From: an uncultured Acidobacteriota bacterium
GTDB taxonomy: Bacteria > Acidobacteriota > UBA6911
Assembly (NCBI GenBank): GCA_963843575.1
Contig: CAWJKZ010000014.1
Location: 768,001 to 832,000 of the forward strand
Reading direction: 5' to 3'
Length of the DNA: 64,000 nt
Below, piece by piece: positions 10,560 to 22,087 of this stretch. A program made the position numbers and the translations under genes. How positions within the stretch are numbered: position 1 is the first letter of the stretch; each line of letters begins with the position of its first letter. The notes beneath the pieces were generated by a model. The model saw only the letters and a list, made by a program, of their open reading frames with translations. It had not been told where the DNA came from and made no database searches.

Positions 10560-11150
10560 CTACAGATTTGACAGCAGGTGGCCGAGCTTCTCTTTTTTTA
10601 TGCGCAGGTAGTCGCGTGTGGTGGACTGCGGGGGGATCTCCAGGGGCACGCGTTCCGCCTCGATGCCCTCGTTGACGAGCCCCATCACCTTGTCGGGGTT
10701 GTTCGACAGCAGCCGTACCCGGACGGCGCCGAGGTAGCGCAGAATGGCGGCGGGGAACCGGTAATCGCGCAGATCGGCGCCGAAGCCGAGTTCGGTGTTG
10801 GCGGCGACCGTGTCGAGTCCCTGGTCCTGCAGCTCGTAGGCGCGGATCTTGTTGACCAGCCCGATGCCGCGGCCTTCCTTCTGCTGGTAGACGAGGATGC
10901 CTGGAGGGGTGGCTGCGATAAGGCGCATGGCCGCGTCGAGCTGATCGCCGCAGTCGCAGCGGCTCGAGGCGAGCGTGTCGCCGGTCAGGCACTGCGAGTG
11001 GATGCGCACAAGGACGGTGTGGTCCGGGTCGGGATTGCCGGAAACGAGCGCGACCGCCTCCTCGCCGGATTCCGGGTCGCGAAAACCGTAGATTGCGAAT
11101 TCCCCGAAGCGCGTGGGGAGTTTGGCTCGTGGTACGTTGTCGAACTGCAT
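10560..11150 (-). CDS. ribA: GTP cyclohydrolase II (stand-alone)
   Basis: VRIHSQCLTGD, RCDCG, EGRGIGL, NNPDK, KKEKLGH. Confidence 0.95.
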   Translation of the reverse strand: MQFDNVPRAKLPTRFGEFAIYGFRDPESGEEAVALVSGNPDPDHTVLVRIHSQCLTGDTLASSRCDCGDQLDAAMRLIAATPPGILVYQQKEGRGIGLVNKIRAYELQDQGLDTVAANTELGFGADLRDYRFPAAILRYLGAVRVRLLSNNPDKVMGLVNEGIEAERVPLEIPPQSTTRDYLRIKKEKLGHLLSNL

Positions 11151-11162
11151 GGCGGGGCAGGA

Positions 11163-11633
11163 CTACTCGGCCTCAGCCTTTTCCTTGCCCTTTCCCTTCT
11201 CCTCTTTGGCCGCCTCGGCAGCTTCCTTCTTCCCCTTTCCCTTTTTCCCCTTCTCGCCACCCTTGCTCGGTTTGAACTCGCTGCCGAGCATCTCGAGGAT
11301 GGCCATCTGTGCGCCGTCGCCGTCCCGGAAGCCGACCTTGATGATGCGGGTGTAGCCTCCATTACGCTGTGAGAAGCGAGGGGCGATAGTCTCGAAGAGC
11401 TTCGCGACGACGCCAGGGTCCTTGATGAAGGCAAGCGCCTGACGGCGGGCGTGGAGGGATTCACGCTTGCCGAGGGTGATCATTTTCTCGGCGATGGGGC
11501 GCAGCTCTTTCGCCCGGGGCAGAGTGGTCCGGATCCGTTCCTTGTCCAGGAGAGAGGTCACCTGGTTCCGGAACATGGAAATGCGGTGCGGGGTCTTGCG
11601 TCCCAGTTTCCTGCCAGCCTGTCGATGTCTCAT
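11163..11633 (-). CDS. rplQ: 50S ribosomal protein L17
   Basis: [12 protein letters not shown]...GGYTRI; Lys/Glu-rich tail. Confidence 0.97.
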   Translation of the reverse strand: MRHRQAGRKLGRKTPHRISMFRNQVTSLLDKERIRTTLPRAKELRPIAEKMITLGKRESLHARRQALAFIKDPGVVAKLFETIAPRFSQRNGGYTRIIKVGFRDGDGAQMAILEMLGSEFKPSKGGEKGKKGKGKKEAAEAAKEEKGKGKEKAEAE

Positions 11634-11672
11634 GAATCCATTCTCCGATCTCTGGTTCGGGGCCCTGCGGGG

Positions 11673-12662
11673 CTACTCGGGCTTCGGGGCCAGAACCGGC
11701 CTGCCGTCCTCGCCGAGCTTCATTCCGAAAGACAAGCCCATCTCGGCCAGGATTTCCTTGATCTCGTTCAGCGACTTGCGCCCGAAGTTCTTGGTCTTGA
11801 GCATCTCGGCTTCGGTCTTCTGAACCAGTTCGCCTATGGTCTTGATGTCCGCGTTCTTGAGGCAGTTATAGGACCGGACCGAAAGTTCCAGCTCCTCGAC
11901 CGAGCGCTTCAGATTGTCGTAGATCCGCTCGGCTTCGCGGTCGACCTCTTCCTCTTCCTCCTCGGGCTTCTCCTCGAAGTTGATGAAGATGAACATGTGG
12001 TCTTTTACGATCTTCGCCGCCTGCGCGATGGCGTCCTGCGGGAGGATGCAGCCGTTGGTCCACACGTCGAGCACGAGCTTGTCGTAGTCGGTGGTCTGTC
12101 CGAGCCGGGCCGCTTCGACCGCGTAATTGACGCGCTTGATCGGCGAGTGGACGCTGTCGAGCGGGATGTAGCCGATGGGGAGGTCTTCCTCGAAATTCTC
12201 GTCGGCCTGGATGTAGCCCCGTCCGTTTTTCACCCGCATCTCGATCTTCAGTCGTCCCCCTTCCCCGATGGTGGCGATGTGGACGTTGGGGTCGAGGATT
12301 TCGAGGTCGGGGTCGGAGGTGATGTTACCCGATTTGAGCTCCCCGGCCTGATCGGACTCGAGATAGATGGTCTTGGCATGGTCCACGTGGAGTTTGAAGG
12401 GGACCTGCTTCAGGTTCATGATGATGTTGGTCGCGTCTTCCGTGACGTTCGGGATGGGGGTGAACTCGTGCAGCACGCCCTCGATCTTGACGGCCGTGAC
12501 GGCGGCCCCTTCGATCGACGACAGGAGGACCCGGCGCAGGGCGTTGCCGATGGTGGTGCCGAAACCGCGCTCGAACGGCTGCGCGTAGAAGTGGCCATAC
12601 CTGGGACTGAGCGTTTCCAGATCGCAGATCAGTCGTTTCGGTTTTTGGAAACCCTTCGTCAT
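11673..12662 (-). CDS. rpoA: RNA polymerase alpha subunit
   Basis: [28 protein letters not shown]. Confidence 0.98.
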   Translation of the reverse strand: MTKGFQKPKRLICDLETLSPRYGHFYAQPFERGFGTTIGNALRRVLLSSIEGAAVTAVKIEGVLHEFTPIPNVTEDATNIIMNLKQVPFKLHVDHAKTIYLESDQAGELKSGNITSDPDLEILDPNVHIATIGEGGRLKIEMRVKNGRGYIQADENFEEDLPIGYIPLDSVHSPIKRVNYAVEAARLGQTTDYDKLVLDVWTNGCILPQDAIAQAAKIVKDHMFIFINFEEKPEEEEEEVDREAERIYDNLKRSVEELELSVRSYNCLKNADIKTIGELVQKTEAEMLKTKNFGRKSLNEIKEILAEMGLSFGMKLGEDGRPVLAPKPE

Positions 12663-12813
12663 AATCTCATTTCCTTTCAAGGCCTCGGTGGATCGCCTCT
12701 GAACAGCAGGTTCAGACTCTCACGTCCACGTCCCAGGCGTCGGGGTCGGGATGGATCAAAATCGGCATGTAGTCCGGTGACCGGCACCTGCCGCCTGACA
12801 CTGACACCCGAAC

Positions 12814-13446
12814 TCACTTCGAATAGAGCTCCACGATGAGCTGCTCGTCGATGGGCATTTGCACGTCGTCGCGCTTGGGCAGGCCGACGACCGTGCCCTT
12901 GAAATTGTCGGCGTCGAGCTCCAGCCAGGCCGGCACGCCGCCGCGGCCACTGACGTTGGCGATCGAATCCTGGACTTGTGGGGTCTTGCGCGCGCTCTCC
13001 CGGAGAGTGATGACGTCCCCGGAATCGACCTCGGCGGAGCAGATGTCGACCTTCTTGCCGTTGACCAGCACGTGCCCGTGGGTGACCAGCTGGCGCGCCT
13101 GGTCGCGCGAGGCGGCGAAGCCGAGACGGCAGACGACGTTGTCCAGCCTACGTTCGAGGCTCATCAACAGCATCTCGCCCGTGATTCCTTTTTTCTTGTC
13201 CGCCTTGCTGAAATAGTTCGAGAATTGCTTCTCGAGGACGCGGTAAATCCGCTTGACCTTCTGTTTTTCACGCAGCTGGACACCGTACCCGGCGATTTTC
13301 GGGCGGTGATCGCGCCCGTGCTGGCCGGGCGGATAGTTCCGCTTCTCGATGGCACACGTGTCCTTGAAGCAACGGTCGCCCTTGAGAAAGAGCTTCATGC
13401 CCTCCCGCCGGCACAGCCGACATTTTGCTTCGCGATATCTAGCCAA
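12814..13446 (-). CDS. rpsD: 30S ribosomal protein S4 (Zn-binding form)
   Basis: CRLCRRE...C...C, LERRLDNVV. Confidence 0.98.
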   Translation of the reverse strand: MARYREAKCRLCRREGMKLFLKGDRCFKDTCAIEKRNYPPGQHGRDHRPKIAGYGVQLREKQKVKRIYRVLEKQFSNYFSKADKKKGITGEMLLMSLERRLDNVVCRLGFAASRDQARQLVTHGHVLVNGKKVDICSAEVDSGDVITLRESARKTPQVQDSIANVSGRGGVPAWLELDADNFKGTVVGLPKRDDVQMPIDEQLIVELYSK

Positions 13447-13554
13447 ATGCGTTCTCCTGTTCCAAACTCGCCAACGGCTGCAGGGGCATTGGCCCGGGTC
13501 CCGCCCTGCGGGAGTCCCATGCCGGGCCCGCTCCCCTCCCGGTGGCTTGAATTC

Positions 13555-13968
13555 CTAAACTCGCCTGCGCTTGGACGGCCGGCACCCGTTGTGGGGAATG
13601 GGGGTGATGTCGGTGATCGACTTCACCTCGATCCCCGCCGCCTGCAGGGCGCGGATGGCGGACTCCCGGCCCGCACCGGGGCCCTTGAGGTGCACCTGGA
13701 CCGAGCGCAACCCATATTCCTTGGCGGTGTTGGCGGCGATGGACGCGGCCTGCTGGGCTGCAAACGGGGTCCCCTTGCGCGAACCCTTGAATCCCACCGC
13801 CCCGGCGCTCGAACTCGAAAGGAGGTTCCCCTCCAGGTCCGTGATGCTGATGATCGTGTTGTTGAAGCTGGCCAGGATGTGCACGATGCCCGAAGGGATG
13901 TTCACCTTTTCGCGCTTTTTCCCCGTCTTCTTCTTGCCCGTCTTCTTGGTCGTCGTCTTCTCTGCCAT
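13555..13968 (-). CDS. rpsK: 30S ribosomal protein S11
   Basis: [24 protein letters not shown]. Confidence 0.98.
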   Translation of the reverse strand: MAEKTTTKKTGKKKTGKKREKVNIPSGIVHILASFNNTIISITDLEGNLLSSSSAGAVGFKGSRKGTPFAAQQAASIAANTAKEYGLRSVQVHLKGPGAGRESAIRALQAAGIEVKSITDITPIPHNGCRPSKRRRV

Positions 13969-14016
13969 TAGTCGCTCCTGACGCGCGGGGGAAGGTCCGG
14001 CCGTCCCCGCGGTCCG

Positions 14017-14379
14017 CTATTTCTTCCCCACGATCCGACGCGGCCCCTTGCGCGTGCGCGCGTTGGTGTGGGTCCGCTGGCCGTGGACCGGCAGGCCCCG
14101 GCGGTGTCGCAGACCGCGATAACTCCCGATCTCCATGAGCCGCTTGATGTCCATCGACACGGCCTTGCGCAAGTCTCCCTCGACCATCCCGTCTCTCTGG
14201 ATGATGTTCCGGATGCGCACGGCTTCCTCTTCCGTGAGGTTCTTCACCTTGGTGGCGAGGTCGATGTTGGCTTCCTGGCAGATCTTGGTGGCCCGGCTCT
14301 TGCCGATGCCGAAAATGTACGTCAGGCCGATCTGCACACGCTTGTTCAGCGGCAGATCCACTCCAGCAATTCTAGCCAA
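14017..14379 (-). CDS. rpsM: 30S ribosomal protein S13
   Basis: ARIAGVDLP...[13 protein letters not shown]. Confidence 0.98.
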   Translation of the reverse strand: MARIAGVDLPLNKRVQIGLTYIFGIGKSRATKICQEANIDLATKVKNLTEEEAVRIRNIIQRDGMVEGDLRKAVSMDIKRLMEIGSYRGLRHRRGLPVHGQRTHTNARTRKGPRRIVGKK

Positions 14380-14415
14380 TGTTTACCTCCCTGCACTCAG
14401 TCCGCACGGCTCCGC

Positions 14416-14529
14416 TCATCCCTGGCGCTGCTTGTGCTTCGGATTGGTGCAACGGATATGGATGACCCCCTTGCGGCGAATCACCTTGCACTTGTTGCAG
14501 ATCTTCTTGACGGATGCCCGCACCTTCAT
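14416..14529 (-). CDS. rpmJ: 50S ribosomal protein L36
   Basis: Read manually: [37 protein letters not shown] (below the ORF-track cutoff). Confidence 0.97.
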   Translation of the reverse strand: MKVRASVKKICNKCKVIRRKGVIHIRCTNPKHKQRQG

Positions 14530-14549
14530 GTTGTTTGCTCCATACGGCG

Positions 14550-14768
14550 CTATTTGTACCGGTACACGATCCGGCCACGGGAGAGATCGTACGGCGACAA
14601 CTCGACGAGGATCTTGTCGCCCGGGAGTATGCGGATGAAATTCTTCCGCATCTTCCCGGAGATGTGGGCCAAGACCATGTGCTTGTTTTCGAGTTCGACC
14701 CGGAACATGGCGTTCGGCAGGGTCTCGATCACGGTACCGACAACTTCTATCGCGTCCTCTTTTGGCAT
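14550..14768 (-). CDS. infA: translation initiation factor IF-1
   Basis: MPKEDAIEV...HISGKMR...YDLSRGRI. Confidence 0.98.
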   Translation of the reverse strand: MPKEDAIEVVGTVIETLPNAMFRVELENKHMVLAHISGKMRKNFIRILPGDKILVELSPYDLSRGRIVYRYK

Positions 14769-14788
14769 ATGTGATTCCGGACCGTCTG

Positions 14789-15467
14789 CTACCGCGTCGC
14801 GCCGCGGTTCTGCTGCCTGGCCTTCACGACCTCGATAATGGCCCGCTGGATTTCATCGACCGCCCCGTCCCCGTCGACTTCGACGTAGCCAGCCGCGGGC
14901 GCTGTAAAACTCGACCAGGGGCTCGGTCTCCCTGTGGTAGACCTGAAGCCGTTCCCGGATGACTTCGACGGTGTCGTCCTTGCGCTGCACCAGCGCGGCC
15001 CCGCACTCGTCGCAACGGTCTCCCGTCCGGCTCGGGCTCGATTCGACGTGAAACATCTTGTTGCACGAGGGACAGGTCAGTCTCCCGGACAACCGCGCGA
15101 CCAGCGCCTCGTCGTCCACCTGGATCCCCACGGCCAGCGGCCGCGTCCCTTCCGCGGCGAACAGCCCGTCCAGGAACTCCGCCTGGGGCACCGTCCGGGG
15201 ATAGCCGTCCAGCACGAATCCCTCGGCACAATCCGCGCGCTTGAGCCGCTCCCTGACGATCGCGTCGACGAGCGCGTCGGGGACGAGGCTGCCGGATTCC
15301 ATGTATCCCTGCGCCCGCTTGCCGAGTTCTGTCCGGTCGCGCAGGGCTTCCCGGAGTATGTCGCCCGTCGAGATCCGCGGATAGCCAAGGGCGGCACCGA
15401 GCATGCGTCCTTGCGTGCCCTTGCCGGCGCCCGGAGGGCCTAAAAGTATAACAGCTTGTGCCGACAT
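14789..15467 (-). CDS. adk: adenylate kinase (frameshift near C-terminus)
   Basis: [16 protein letters not shown], Zn-lid CxxC...CxxC, RKDD. Confidence 0.95.
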
Positions 15468-15495
15468 TATACAAACTCTCCTGCCCGCGGCCGGA

Positions 15496-16912
15496 TCATC
15501 CCCTTCTGCCGCGAATTCGGCCCTTCTTCAGAAAGCCGTCGTAGTGGCGCATGATCAGCTGCGATTCGATCTGCTGCACGGTGTCCATCGCGACGCCGAC
15601 GACGATCAGAAGCGAGGTGCCGCCGAAATAAAACGTCACGCCGAGCCCGGTGGTGACGAAAGCCATGTTGATCGAGTTGAGAAAATCGTCGAGTGCCGGC
15701 CCGATGAAGGGGATCGGCTGCACCTTGAATCCCGTCATCAGGAACTCGGGGAGCAGGCACACCAGGACGAGGTAGACGGCGCCGGCCGCAGTCAACCGGC
15801 TCAGGATGCGATCGATGAACTCGGCGGTCCGCTTGCCTGGGCGGATGCCGGGGATGTAGCCGCCGTACTTCCGGATGTTGTCTGCGACCTCCATGGGGTT
15901 GAAGATGATGCTCACGTAGAAGAACGCGAAGAACATGATCCCGGCGACATACAGGAGGTTGTAGAGCGGCATGCCCTGGGCCAGCTGGGTCGAGAGGCTG
16001 TGCATGAACGTGTTCGGGAACACGACTCCCAGGGTCGATGGGATGGAGACGATCGACGCCGCGAAGATGACCGGGATCACGCCGCCCGAGTTCACGCGCA
16101 GCGGCAGGTGGGTCGCCTGGCCGCCGTAGACGCGCCGGCCCACGACGCGTTTGGCGTACTGGACCGGAATCTTGCGCTGACCGCGCTCGACAAAGACGAC
16201 GAAGGCGACCGTGATGATCATCGCGATCAGCAGGATCAGGACCGTGAAAATCGACCACGTCCGCTGTTGCAGGTTGACCCAGATTTCGCCGATCGCGTGC
16301 GGCAGTCCCACGACGATGCCGGCGAAGATGATCAGCGAGATGCCGTTGCCGATCCCCCGCTCGGTGATCTGCTCGCCGACCCACATGATGAACGCGGTCC
16401 CGGTCGTCAGCGTGATCATCACCATGAACCGGAAATGCCAGCCCGGCCACCTCGACGATCTGGGGTCCGGTGCCGCTGCCGGAGCGCTCCAGCGCGACGG
16501 CCGTCATGAATCCCTGGAACAGGGTGAGGACGACGGTGAGGTAGCGGGTGTACTGCGTGATCTTCCGTCGGCCGAGTTCGCCTTCCTTGGACAGCTTCTC
16601 CAGGTAGGGGACGACTACCGTGGCCAGCTGCAGGATGATCGATGCCGTGATGTACGGCATGATCCCGAGGGCGAAGATGCTGAAGCGCCGCAGGTTGCCG
16701 CCGGAGAAGATGTCGAGGAAGCCGAAGATCGTCCCGGCCTGGGCCTGGAACAGCTGCTCGAGGGCGGTGTGGTTGATGCCGGGGGTCGGGATGAAGGCCC
16801 CCACCCGGTAGACGGCCAGCAGCCCCAGCATGAACAGTACCCGCTTGCGCAGGTCCGGTATGCTGAAGATGTTGACTATCGAGTTGAATATCGGACTTCG
16901 TTCTTCTGGCAT
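15496..16912 (-). CDS. secY: preprotein translocase SecY (one frameshift near 16430)
   Basis: [45 protein letters not shown]. Confidence 0.97.
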
Positions 16913-16940
16913 TGCTTTTCAACCATCCGGCTACGCCGAA

Positions 16941-17399
16941 TCAAAGCTGCTGACTGATGACCTCAACGCTGCCGCCGGCCTTGGCGATCTTCTCGGCGGC
17001 GCTCTTGCTGAACCGGTGCGCCCGGACCTTGAGCGGGTGCTGCAGTTCGCCGACGCCGAGCACCTTCAGACCGTCGCGCAGGTTCTTCACGATCCCCTTT
17101 TCCTTGAGGATCTCCGGGCCGACCTCGGCACCCGCCTCGAAGACCGCCAGATCCGTCAGGTTCACCACCGCGTACTCTTTCCGGAATATGTTGGTGAACC
17201 CGCGCTTGGGCAGGCGCCGGTACAAAGGCATCTGGCCGCCTTCGAACCCGGGCCTGGTCCGGGTGCCGGAGCGGGACAGCTGGCCCTTGTAGCCCCGCGT
17301 CGCGGTCTTGCCGTGTCCGCTGCCGATGCCGCGCCCGACTCGCTTGACCTTCTTGTTCGCGCCCCTGGCCGGCTTCAGGGAGTTCAGTTCTAGCGCCAT
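16941..17399 (-). CDS. rplO: 50S ribosomal protein L15
   Basis: [21 protein letters not shown]. Confidence 0.98.
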   Translation of the reverse strand: MALELNSLKPARGANKKVKRVGRGIGSGHGKTATRGYKGQLSRSGTRTRPGFEGGQMPLYRRLPKRGFTNIFRKEYAVVNLTDLAVFEAGAEVGPEILKEKGIVKNLRDGLKVLGVGELQHPLKVRAHRFSKSAAEKIAKAGGSVEVISQQL

Positions 17400-17408
17400 G
17401 TCAACCGC

Positions 17409-17624
17409 CTATTTGGAGTCCAGGATCTTCACCAGGTGGGGCACCTGCGCCACCATGCCGCGGACCGCGGGCGAATCCTCCCGGGTGACGATCTGATTGA
17501 GCCTCTTGAAGCCGAGGCTTTTGACGACGAGCCTGTGTTTGCCGGGGGTTCCGATCGCGCTGCGGTAGTACTGGATCCGGAGGGTCGGGCCCGGGGTTGC
17601 TTCTGGTGTGCTGTTGGCTGCCAT
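17409..17624 (-). CDS. rpmD: 50S ribosomal protein L30
   Basis: RSAIG...SLGFKRLNQ...VRGMV; operon position. Confidence 0.93.
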   Translation of the reverse strand: MAANSTPEATPGPTLRIQYYRSAIGTPGKHRLVVKSLGFKRLNQIVTREDSPAVRGMVAQVPHLVKILDSK

Positions 17625-17627
17625 ACC

Positions 17628-18119
17628 TTATAGTTCCTCGACCTGCTTGCCGCGGATCTTCGCCACCTGCTCGGGCTCCTTGAGCCGCAGAAGGCCGTCG
17701 AAAGTGGCTTTCACCACGTTGTGTGGGTTGGTGCTTCCGAGGGACTTCGTCAGGATATTCGAGATGCCGGCCGACTGGACGACGGCGCGGACGGGGCCGC
17801 CGGCGATAACGCCGGTGCCTTCCGAGGCCGGCTTGAGCATCACGCGGCCGGCGCCATACCGGCCGACGATCGCGTGGGGTATCGTGCGCCCCTTGAGCGG
17901 GACCCGGATCAGGTTCTTGCGCGCCTGTTCGATCCCCTTTCGGATGGCCTGGGGGACTTCCTTCGCCTTGCCCATGCCGTAACCGACACGTCCGTTCTGG
18001 TCGCCGACGACGACGAGTGCGCTGAAGCTCAGGTTCTTGCCGCCTTTGACGACCTTGGTTACCCGGTTGATCGAAACGACCTGGTCTTTGAACTCTTGAT
18101 TCGGATCGACTCTGTCCAA
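17628..18119 (-). CDS. rpsE: 30S ribosomal protein S5
   Basis: [18 protein letters not shown]; TTG start after GGAGG. Confidence 0.97.
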   Translation of the reverse strand: MDRVDPNQEFKDQVVSINRVTKVVKGGKNLSFSALVVVGDQNGRVGYGMGKAKEVPQAIRKGIEQARKNLIRVPLKGRTIPHAIVGRYGAGRVMLKPASEGTGVIAGGPVRAVVQSAGISNILTKSLGSTNPHNVVKATFDGLLRLKEPEQVAKIRGKQVEEL

Positions 18120-18127
18120 GATCCCTC

Positions 18128-18496
18128 CTAAAACTTCAATCCCGATTCGCGGGCAGCGTCGGCGAGCGCCTTGACCCGGCCGTGGTAGATGTACCCGCCC
18201 CGGTCGAACACGACAGCCTCGATGCCGCGGGCACGCGCCCGTTCCGCTATCGCCTTGCCTACGGCCTTGGCGGACTTGATGTTGCCCGCACCCTTCACGT
18301 CGCCGAAGACGTCCTTCTCGCGCGTCGAGGCGGCGACGAGGGTCACACCCTTGCTGTCGTCGACGAGCTGGGCGTACATGTGGTTCAGGCTGCGGAAGAC
18401 GCATAGGCGCGGCCTGTCGGCAGTCCCGGAGATCTTGCGCCGAATGCGTCTGTGAATCCGGCTGCGCTCCTGCGCGCGGTCCAATGCTGTAATCAT
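18128..18496 (-). CDS. rplR: 50S ribosomal protein L18
   Basis: [21 protein letters not shown]. Confidence 0.98.
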   Translation of the reverse strand: MITALDRAQERSRIHRRIRRKISGTADRPRLCVFRSLNHMYAQLVDDSKGVTLVAASTREKDVFGDVKGAGNIKSAKAVGKAIAERARARGIEAVVFDRGGYIYHGRVKALADAARESGLKF

Positions 18497-19056
18497 TACG
18501 CCCCCTTCTTCCCGACTTTCAGGCGGACATATTCGCGTGCGTAGCGGATGCCCTTCCCCTTGTAGGGGTCGGGACGGCGCAGCGCGCGCATGTCGGCAGC
18601 CACCTGGCCCACCAGTTGTTTGTCCGGCCCGGACACGGTGAGCGTCGCCACGTAGTTCTGTATCGTCCGGGGCTGCTTCTCCACCTTGACGCTGATCCCC
18701 TCGGGCAGGGGGAACTCGATCGGGTGGGAGTACCCCAGGGTGAACGTCACGGCGCGGGGTTTGGCATCGACCTTGAAGCCGATCCCGATCACGTCGATCT
18801 CCTTCGAGAAGCCCTCGCTGACGCCCTTGACGCAGTTGGCCGCAAGCGCGCGGGCGAGCCCGTGGTACGCAGGGTACGGCTTTTCGTCGGACTCCCGCAC
18901 GGCGGTGAGTTCGTCCCCCTTCAGCTCAAACCGGATGCCCGGGGGGATGGGGCTGGACAGTTTCGTCTTCTTCCCTTCGAACTCGACGACGCCGTCCCGG
19001 ATCGCCACCTTCACGCCGGCGGGCACCTTGATGATTTTCTTGCCTATTCGCGACAT
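18496..19056 (-). CDS. rplF: 50S ribosomal protein L6
   Basis: [18 protein letters not shown]. Confidence 0.98.
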   Translation of the reverse strand: MSRIGKKIIKVPAGVKVAIRDGVVEFEGKKTKLSSPIPPGIRFELKGDELTAVRESDEKPYPAYHGLARALAANCVKGVSEGFSKEIDVIGIGFKVDAKPRAVTFTLGYSHPIEFPLPEGISVKVEKQPRTIQNYVATLTVSGPDKQLVGQVAADMRALRRPDPYKGKGIRYAREYVRLKVGKKGA

Positions 19057-19088
19057 ATTGCACCTATGAATTCGGAACTGCCAGACCG

Positions 19089-19487
19089 CTAGCTGATGGT
19101 GCAGAGCACCTCTCCGCCGAGACCCTTGTCCTGGGCCTGCTTCCCGGTGAGCAGCCCCTGAGAGGTCGACAGGATGCAGACGCCGATGCCGCCGAGCACC
19201 GACGGGATCTCCGACTTGGCCGCGTAGACGCGGCACCCGGGTCGGCTGACACGGCTGAGCGAGGAGATCACCGGCTGTTTGCCCGCCGTGTACCGGAGCT
19301 GGATGCGGATGGTCCCCTGCTTGCCGTCGGGAGAGAAGACGAAGTTGGAGATGTACCCTTCTTCCTTCAGGATCCGGACGATCTCCAGCTTCATCCTGGA
19401 CGAAGGGACATCCACCGTCTCATGCTTCGCAGCGTTGGCGTTTCGTATCCGGCCCAGGAGGTCGGACACGGGATCGGTCATAGTCAT
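19089..19487 (-). CDS. rpsH: 30S ribosomal protein S8
   Basis: [26 protein letters not shown]. Confidence 0.98.
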   Translation of the reverse strand: MTMTDPVSDLLGRIRNANAAKHETVDVPSSRMKLEIVRILKEEGYISNFVFSPDGKQGTIRIQLRYTAGKQPVISSLSRVSRPGCRVYAAKSEIPSVLGGIGVCILSTSQGLLTGKQAQDKGLGGEVLCTIS

Positions 19488-19567
19488 ACCAGAAACTCCA
19501 TTGTTCGTCGTGCGACGCGCGGCCACGCCCGGGCCACCCCTCGATCGGTGGACCGGCGCCGCGGCGG

Positions 19568-19753
19568 TTACCAGCTCGACTTGGTCACTCCGGGAATCTC
19601 ACCGGCCAGGGCCAGCTGCCGGAAACAGATCCGGCAGAGCTGGAACTTGCGCAGGAAGCCGCGCGGCCGCCCGCAGCGGCGGCAGCGGTTGTGCTGCCGC
19701 ACCTGGAATTTCGGCTTCATCCTGGACTTGGCGATCATACTGGTCTTTGCCAC
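19568..19753 (-). CDS. rpsN: 30S ribosomal protein S14 type Z
   Basis: 61 aa, CRRCGR...CRICFR. Confidence 0.97.
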   Translation of the reverse strand: MAKTSMIAKSRMKPKFQVRQHNRCRRCGRPRGFLRKFQLCRICFRQLALAGEIPGVTKSSW

Positions 19754-19774
19754 ATCGACTCCTCTGCGGCCGCA

Positions 19775-20338
19775 CTATTCGGCGCCGCGCTCCTGCCCCC
19801 GTTTCGCGAAGGGCATCCCCATAATCCGCAAAAGCTCGAACGCCTCGTCGTCGGTCCGGGCGGTCGTGACCACCGTGATGTTCATCCCGCGCGCCTTGTC
19901 GGCCTTCCCGTAATCGATCTCGGGGAAGTTCAGCTGATCCTTGAGGCCGAGCGTGTAGTTGCCCCGGCCGTCGAAGGACCTCGGCGGCACGCCCCGGAAA
20001 TCGCGCACGCGGGGGAGGGCGATGTTGACGAGGCGGTCGAAGAACTCGTACATGCGGTCGCCGCGCAGCGTGACGGTTACGCCGATCGGCATCCCCTGTC
20101 TCAGCTTGAACGCCGCGATCGACTTCTTGGCCTTGGTGACGACGGCGCGCTGCCCGGTGATGGCGGCGAGTTCCTCGGCGGCCACGTCGAGCACCTTGGC
20201 GTTGGCAATCGCTTCGCCCAGGCCCATGTTGACGTTGATCTTGACCAGCCTGGGCACGGCCATCACGTTCTTATACCCGAACTGCTTGGTCAGCGCCGCG
20301 ACGGCTTCCGTCTTGTAGAATTCCCTCAATCGACTCAT
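19775..20338 (-). CDS. rplE: 50S ribosomal protein L5
   Basis: [18 protein letters not shown]. Confidence 0.98.
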   Translation of the reverse strand: MSRLREFYKTEAVAALTKQFGYKNVMAVPRLVKINVNMGLGEAIANAKVLDVAAEELAAITGQRAVVTKAKKSIAAFKLRQGMPIGVTVTLRGDRMYEFFDRLVNIALPRVRDFRGVPPRSFDGRGNYTLGLKDQLNFPEIDYGKADKARGMNITVVTTARTDDEAFELLRIMGMPFAKRGQERGAE

Positions 20339-20356
20339 GGTATGACCTTTCAGGCC

Positions 20357-20683
20357 TTACTCGTCCAGCAACTCGTTGCAGCTCTTGCAGACCCGCACCT
20401 TGCGCCCGTCCTGCATGGTGCTCACGGCGACGCGCGAGTGCTTGTTGCAGCGCTTGCACATGACCATCAGGTTCGACAAGTCGATGGGCGACTCCTTGGG
20501 GAGAATGCCGCCCTTGACGTTGCGCTGCGGATTGGCACGCGTGTGTTTCTGGATGAAGTTGATCCCCTCGACGATCGCGCGGTTGGCGTCCGGCATGACC
20601 TTCAGGACTTTCCCGGTCTTGCCCCGGTCTTTGCCGGAGAGGACGTAAACCTGGTCGTTTTTCTTGACACGTGTTTTGGGCAT
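20357..20683 (-). CDS. rplX: 50S ribosomal protein L24
   Basis: KOW motif SGKDRGKTGKV, ESPIDLSN. Confidence 0.97.
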   Translation of the reverse strand: MPKTRVKKNDQVYVLSGKDRGKTGKVLKVMPDANRAIVEGINFIQKHTRANPQRNVKGGILPKESPIDLSNLMVMCKRCNKHSRVAVSTMQDGRKVRVCKSCNELLDE

Positions 20684-20708
20684 TTTTTCCTGGCCTCGTT
20701 CGATCGCG

Positions 20709-21077
20709 CTAGAGCACCTCGGGCGCCAGCGAGACGATCTTCAAAAACTCCCTGTCGCGCAGTTCCCGGCTCACGGGGCCGAACACGCGCGTGCCGATCG
20801 GTTCCTTGTCGTCGTTGATCAGAACGGCCGCGTTGTCGTCAAACCGGATGTAGGTCCCGTCCTTGCGCCTGAATTCCTTCTTGGTGCGGACGATCACCGC
20901 CTTGACGACATCGCCCTTTTTGACGGTGCCGTCGGGCGACGCTTCTTTCACGTTGGCCGTGATGATGTCGCCCAGGCTCGCCACCCGGCCCACCTGGTTC
21001 CCGATGGCGTGGATACACGAGATCCTCCGTGCGCCGGAGTTGTCCGCCACCTCCAAAATCGTCCGCATCTGAATCAT
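20709..21077 (-). CDS. rplN: 50S ribosomal protein L14
   Basis: [21 protein letters not shown]. Confidence 0.98.
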   Translation of the reverse strand: MIQMRTILEVADNSGARRISCIHAIGNQVGRVASLGDIITANVKEASPDGTVKKGDVVKAVIVRTKKEFRRKDGTYIRFDDNAAVLINDDKEPIGTRVFGPVSRELRDREFLKIVSLAPEVL

Positions 21078-21161
21078 GACAACCCTCTCACTCGGCCGGC
21101 CGCCGGCGGGTCTTCCCCGCGGGTGGCGCCTGCCCGGCGCCGGCCGCAAACTGGATTCCCG

Positions 21162-21431
21162 CTAGTGCGCCTTGACCAGGATCTCGGCGACGCGCCACCG
21201 TTTCCGGGCGCTCAGCGGCCGCGTTTCCACGATGCGCACCCGGTCGCCGACCTTGCATTCGCCTTTCTCGTCGTGCGCAAGAAACGTGGACGTCTTGCGC
21301 AGGGTCTTCTTGTACAAGTGGTGCCTGACCAGCCGGTCGACGGCGACCTTGACGGTCTTCTGCATAGCCGTGCTGGTCACGATGCCCACCTGATTCTTCC
21401 GCAATCCCCGTTTCGTCTGCTCCGTCGTCAT
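21162..21431 (-). CDS. rpsQ: 30S ribosomal protein S17
   Basis: [22 protein letters not shown]. Confidence 0.97.
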   Translation of the reverse strand: MTTEQTKRGLRKNQVGIVTSTAMQKTVKVAVDRLVRHHLYKKTLRKTSTFLAHDEKGECKVGDRVRIVETRPLSARKRWRVAEILVKAH

Positions 21432-21661
21432 TTCAGCCCTGCCTTGCCTGGGACCTTCTGCTTCCGTTCTTCCTCGAGCTGCATTTCCCGGAGAATCGTC
21501 TGTATCCGGGCGATGTCCCGGCGGACAGACCGCACGCGTGATGCGCTCTCGAGCTGGCCGCTGGCCGTCTGGAAACGCAGCTTGAAGAGCTGCTGCCGCA
21601 GTTCGCCGTCCTCCTGGACCAAGTCCTCCCTGGACATGTCCCTCATTTTGGAAGCTTTCAT
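21428..21661 (-). CDS. rpmC: 50S ribosomal protein L29
   Basis: MKASKMR...LFKLRFQ...RRDIARIQT (fused to rplP in the ORF track by a frameshift). Confidence 0.95.
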   Translation of the reverse strand: MKASKMRDMSREDLVQEDGELRQQLFKLRFQTASGQLESASRVRSVRRDIARIQTILREMQLEEERKQKVPGKAGLK

Positions 21662-22081
21662 GCCTCCTCCTTGCCGAACCGCTTGACGAATTTCGCCTTG
21701 ACCGACAGCTTGTTGGCGGCCAGCCGCATGGCTTCCAGGGCGAGTTCCTCGGCTGACGCCTTCCATCTCATACAGGATCTTGCCGGGACGGACCACGGCG
21801 ACCCAGCCTTCGGGGGCGCCCTTCCCCTTGCCCATACGGGTTTCCGCAGGCTTCTTGGTGATCGGCTTGTCCGGGAAAACCCGGATCCAGATCTTCCCGC
21901 CGCGCTTGATGAAGCGCGTGATGGCGACGCGACCCGCCTCGATCTGCCGGTCGGTCACCCACCCGGCCTCGAGCGCCTTCAGGCCGTACTCCCCAAAGGT
22001 GACCTCGGAGCCGCGCCATGCCTTGCCGCGGCGCTTCCCCTTCTGCTGCTTGCGATACTTGACCTTCTTCGGCATCAACAT
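21658..22081 (-). CDS. rplP: 50S ribosomal protein L16 (frameshift near C-terminus)
   Basis: [18 protein letters not shown]. Confidence 0.97.
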
Positions 22082-22087
22082 GAGCTG

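Noticed and set aside
21428-22081. Apparent L16-L29 fusion (and KhpA-RimM fusion at 49376-50164)
   Set aside because: Each downstream gene has its own start, and correcting one indel restores the normal upstream C-terminus and stop.
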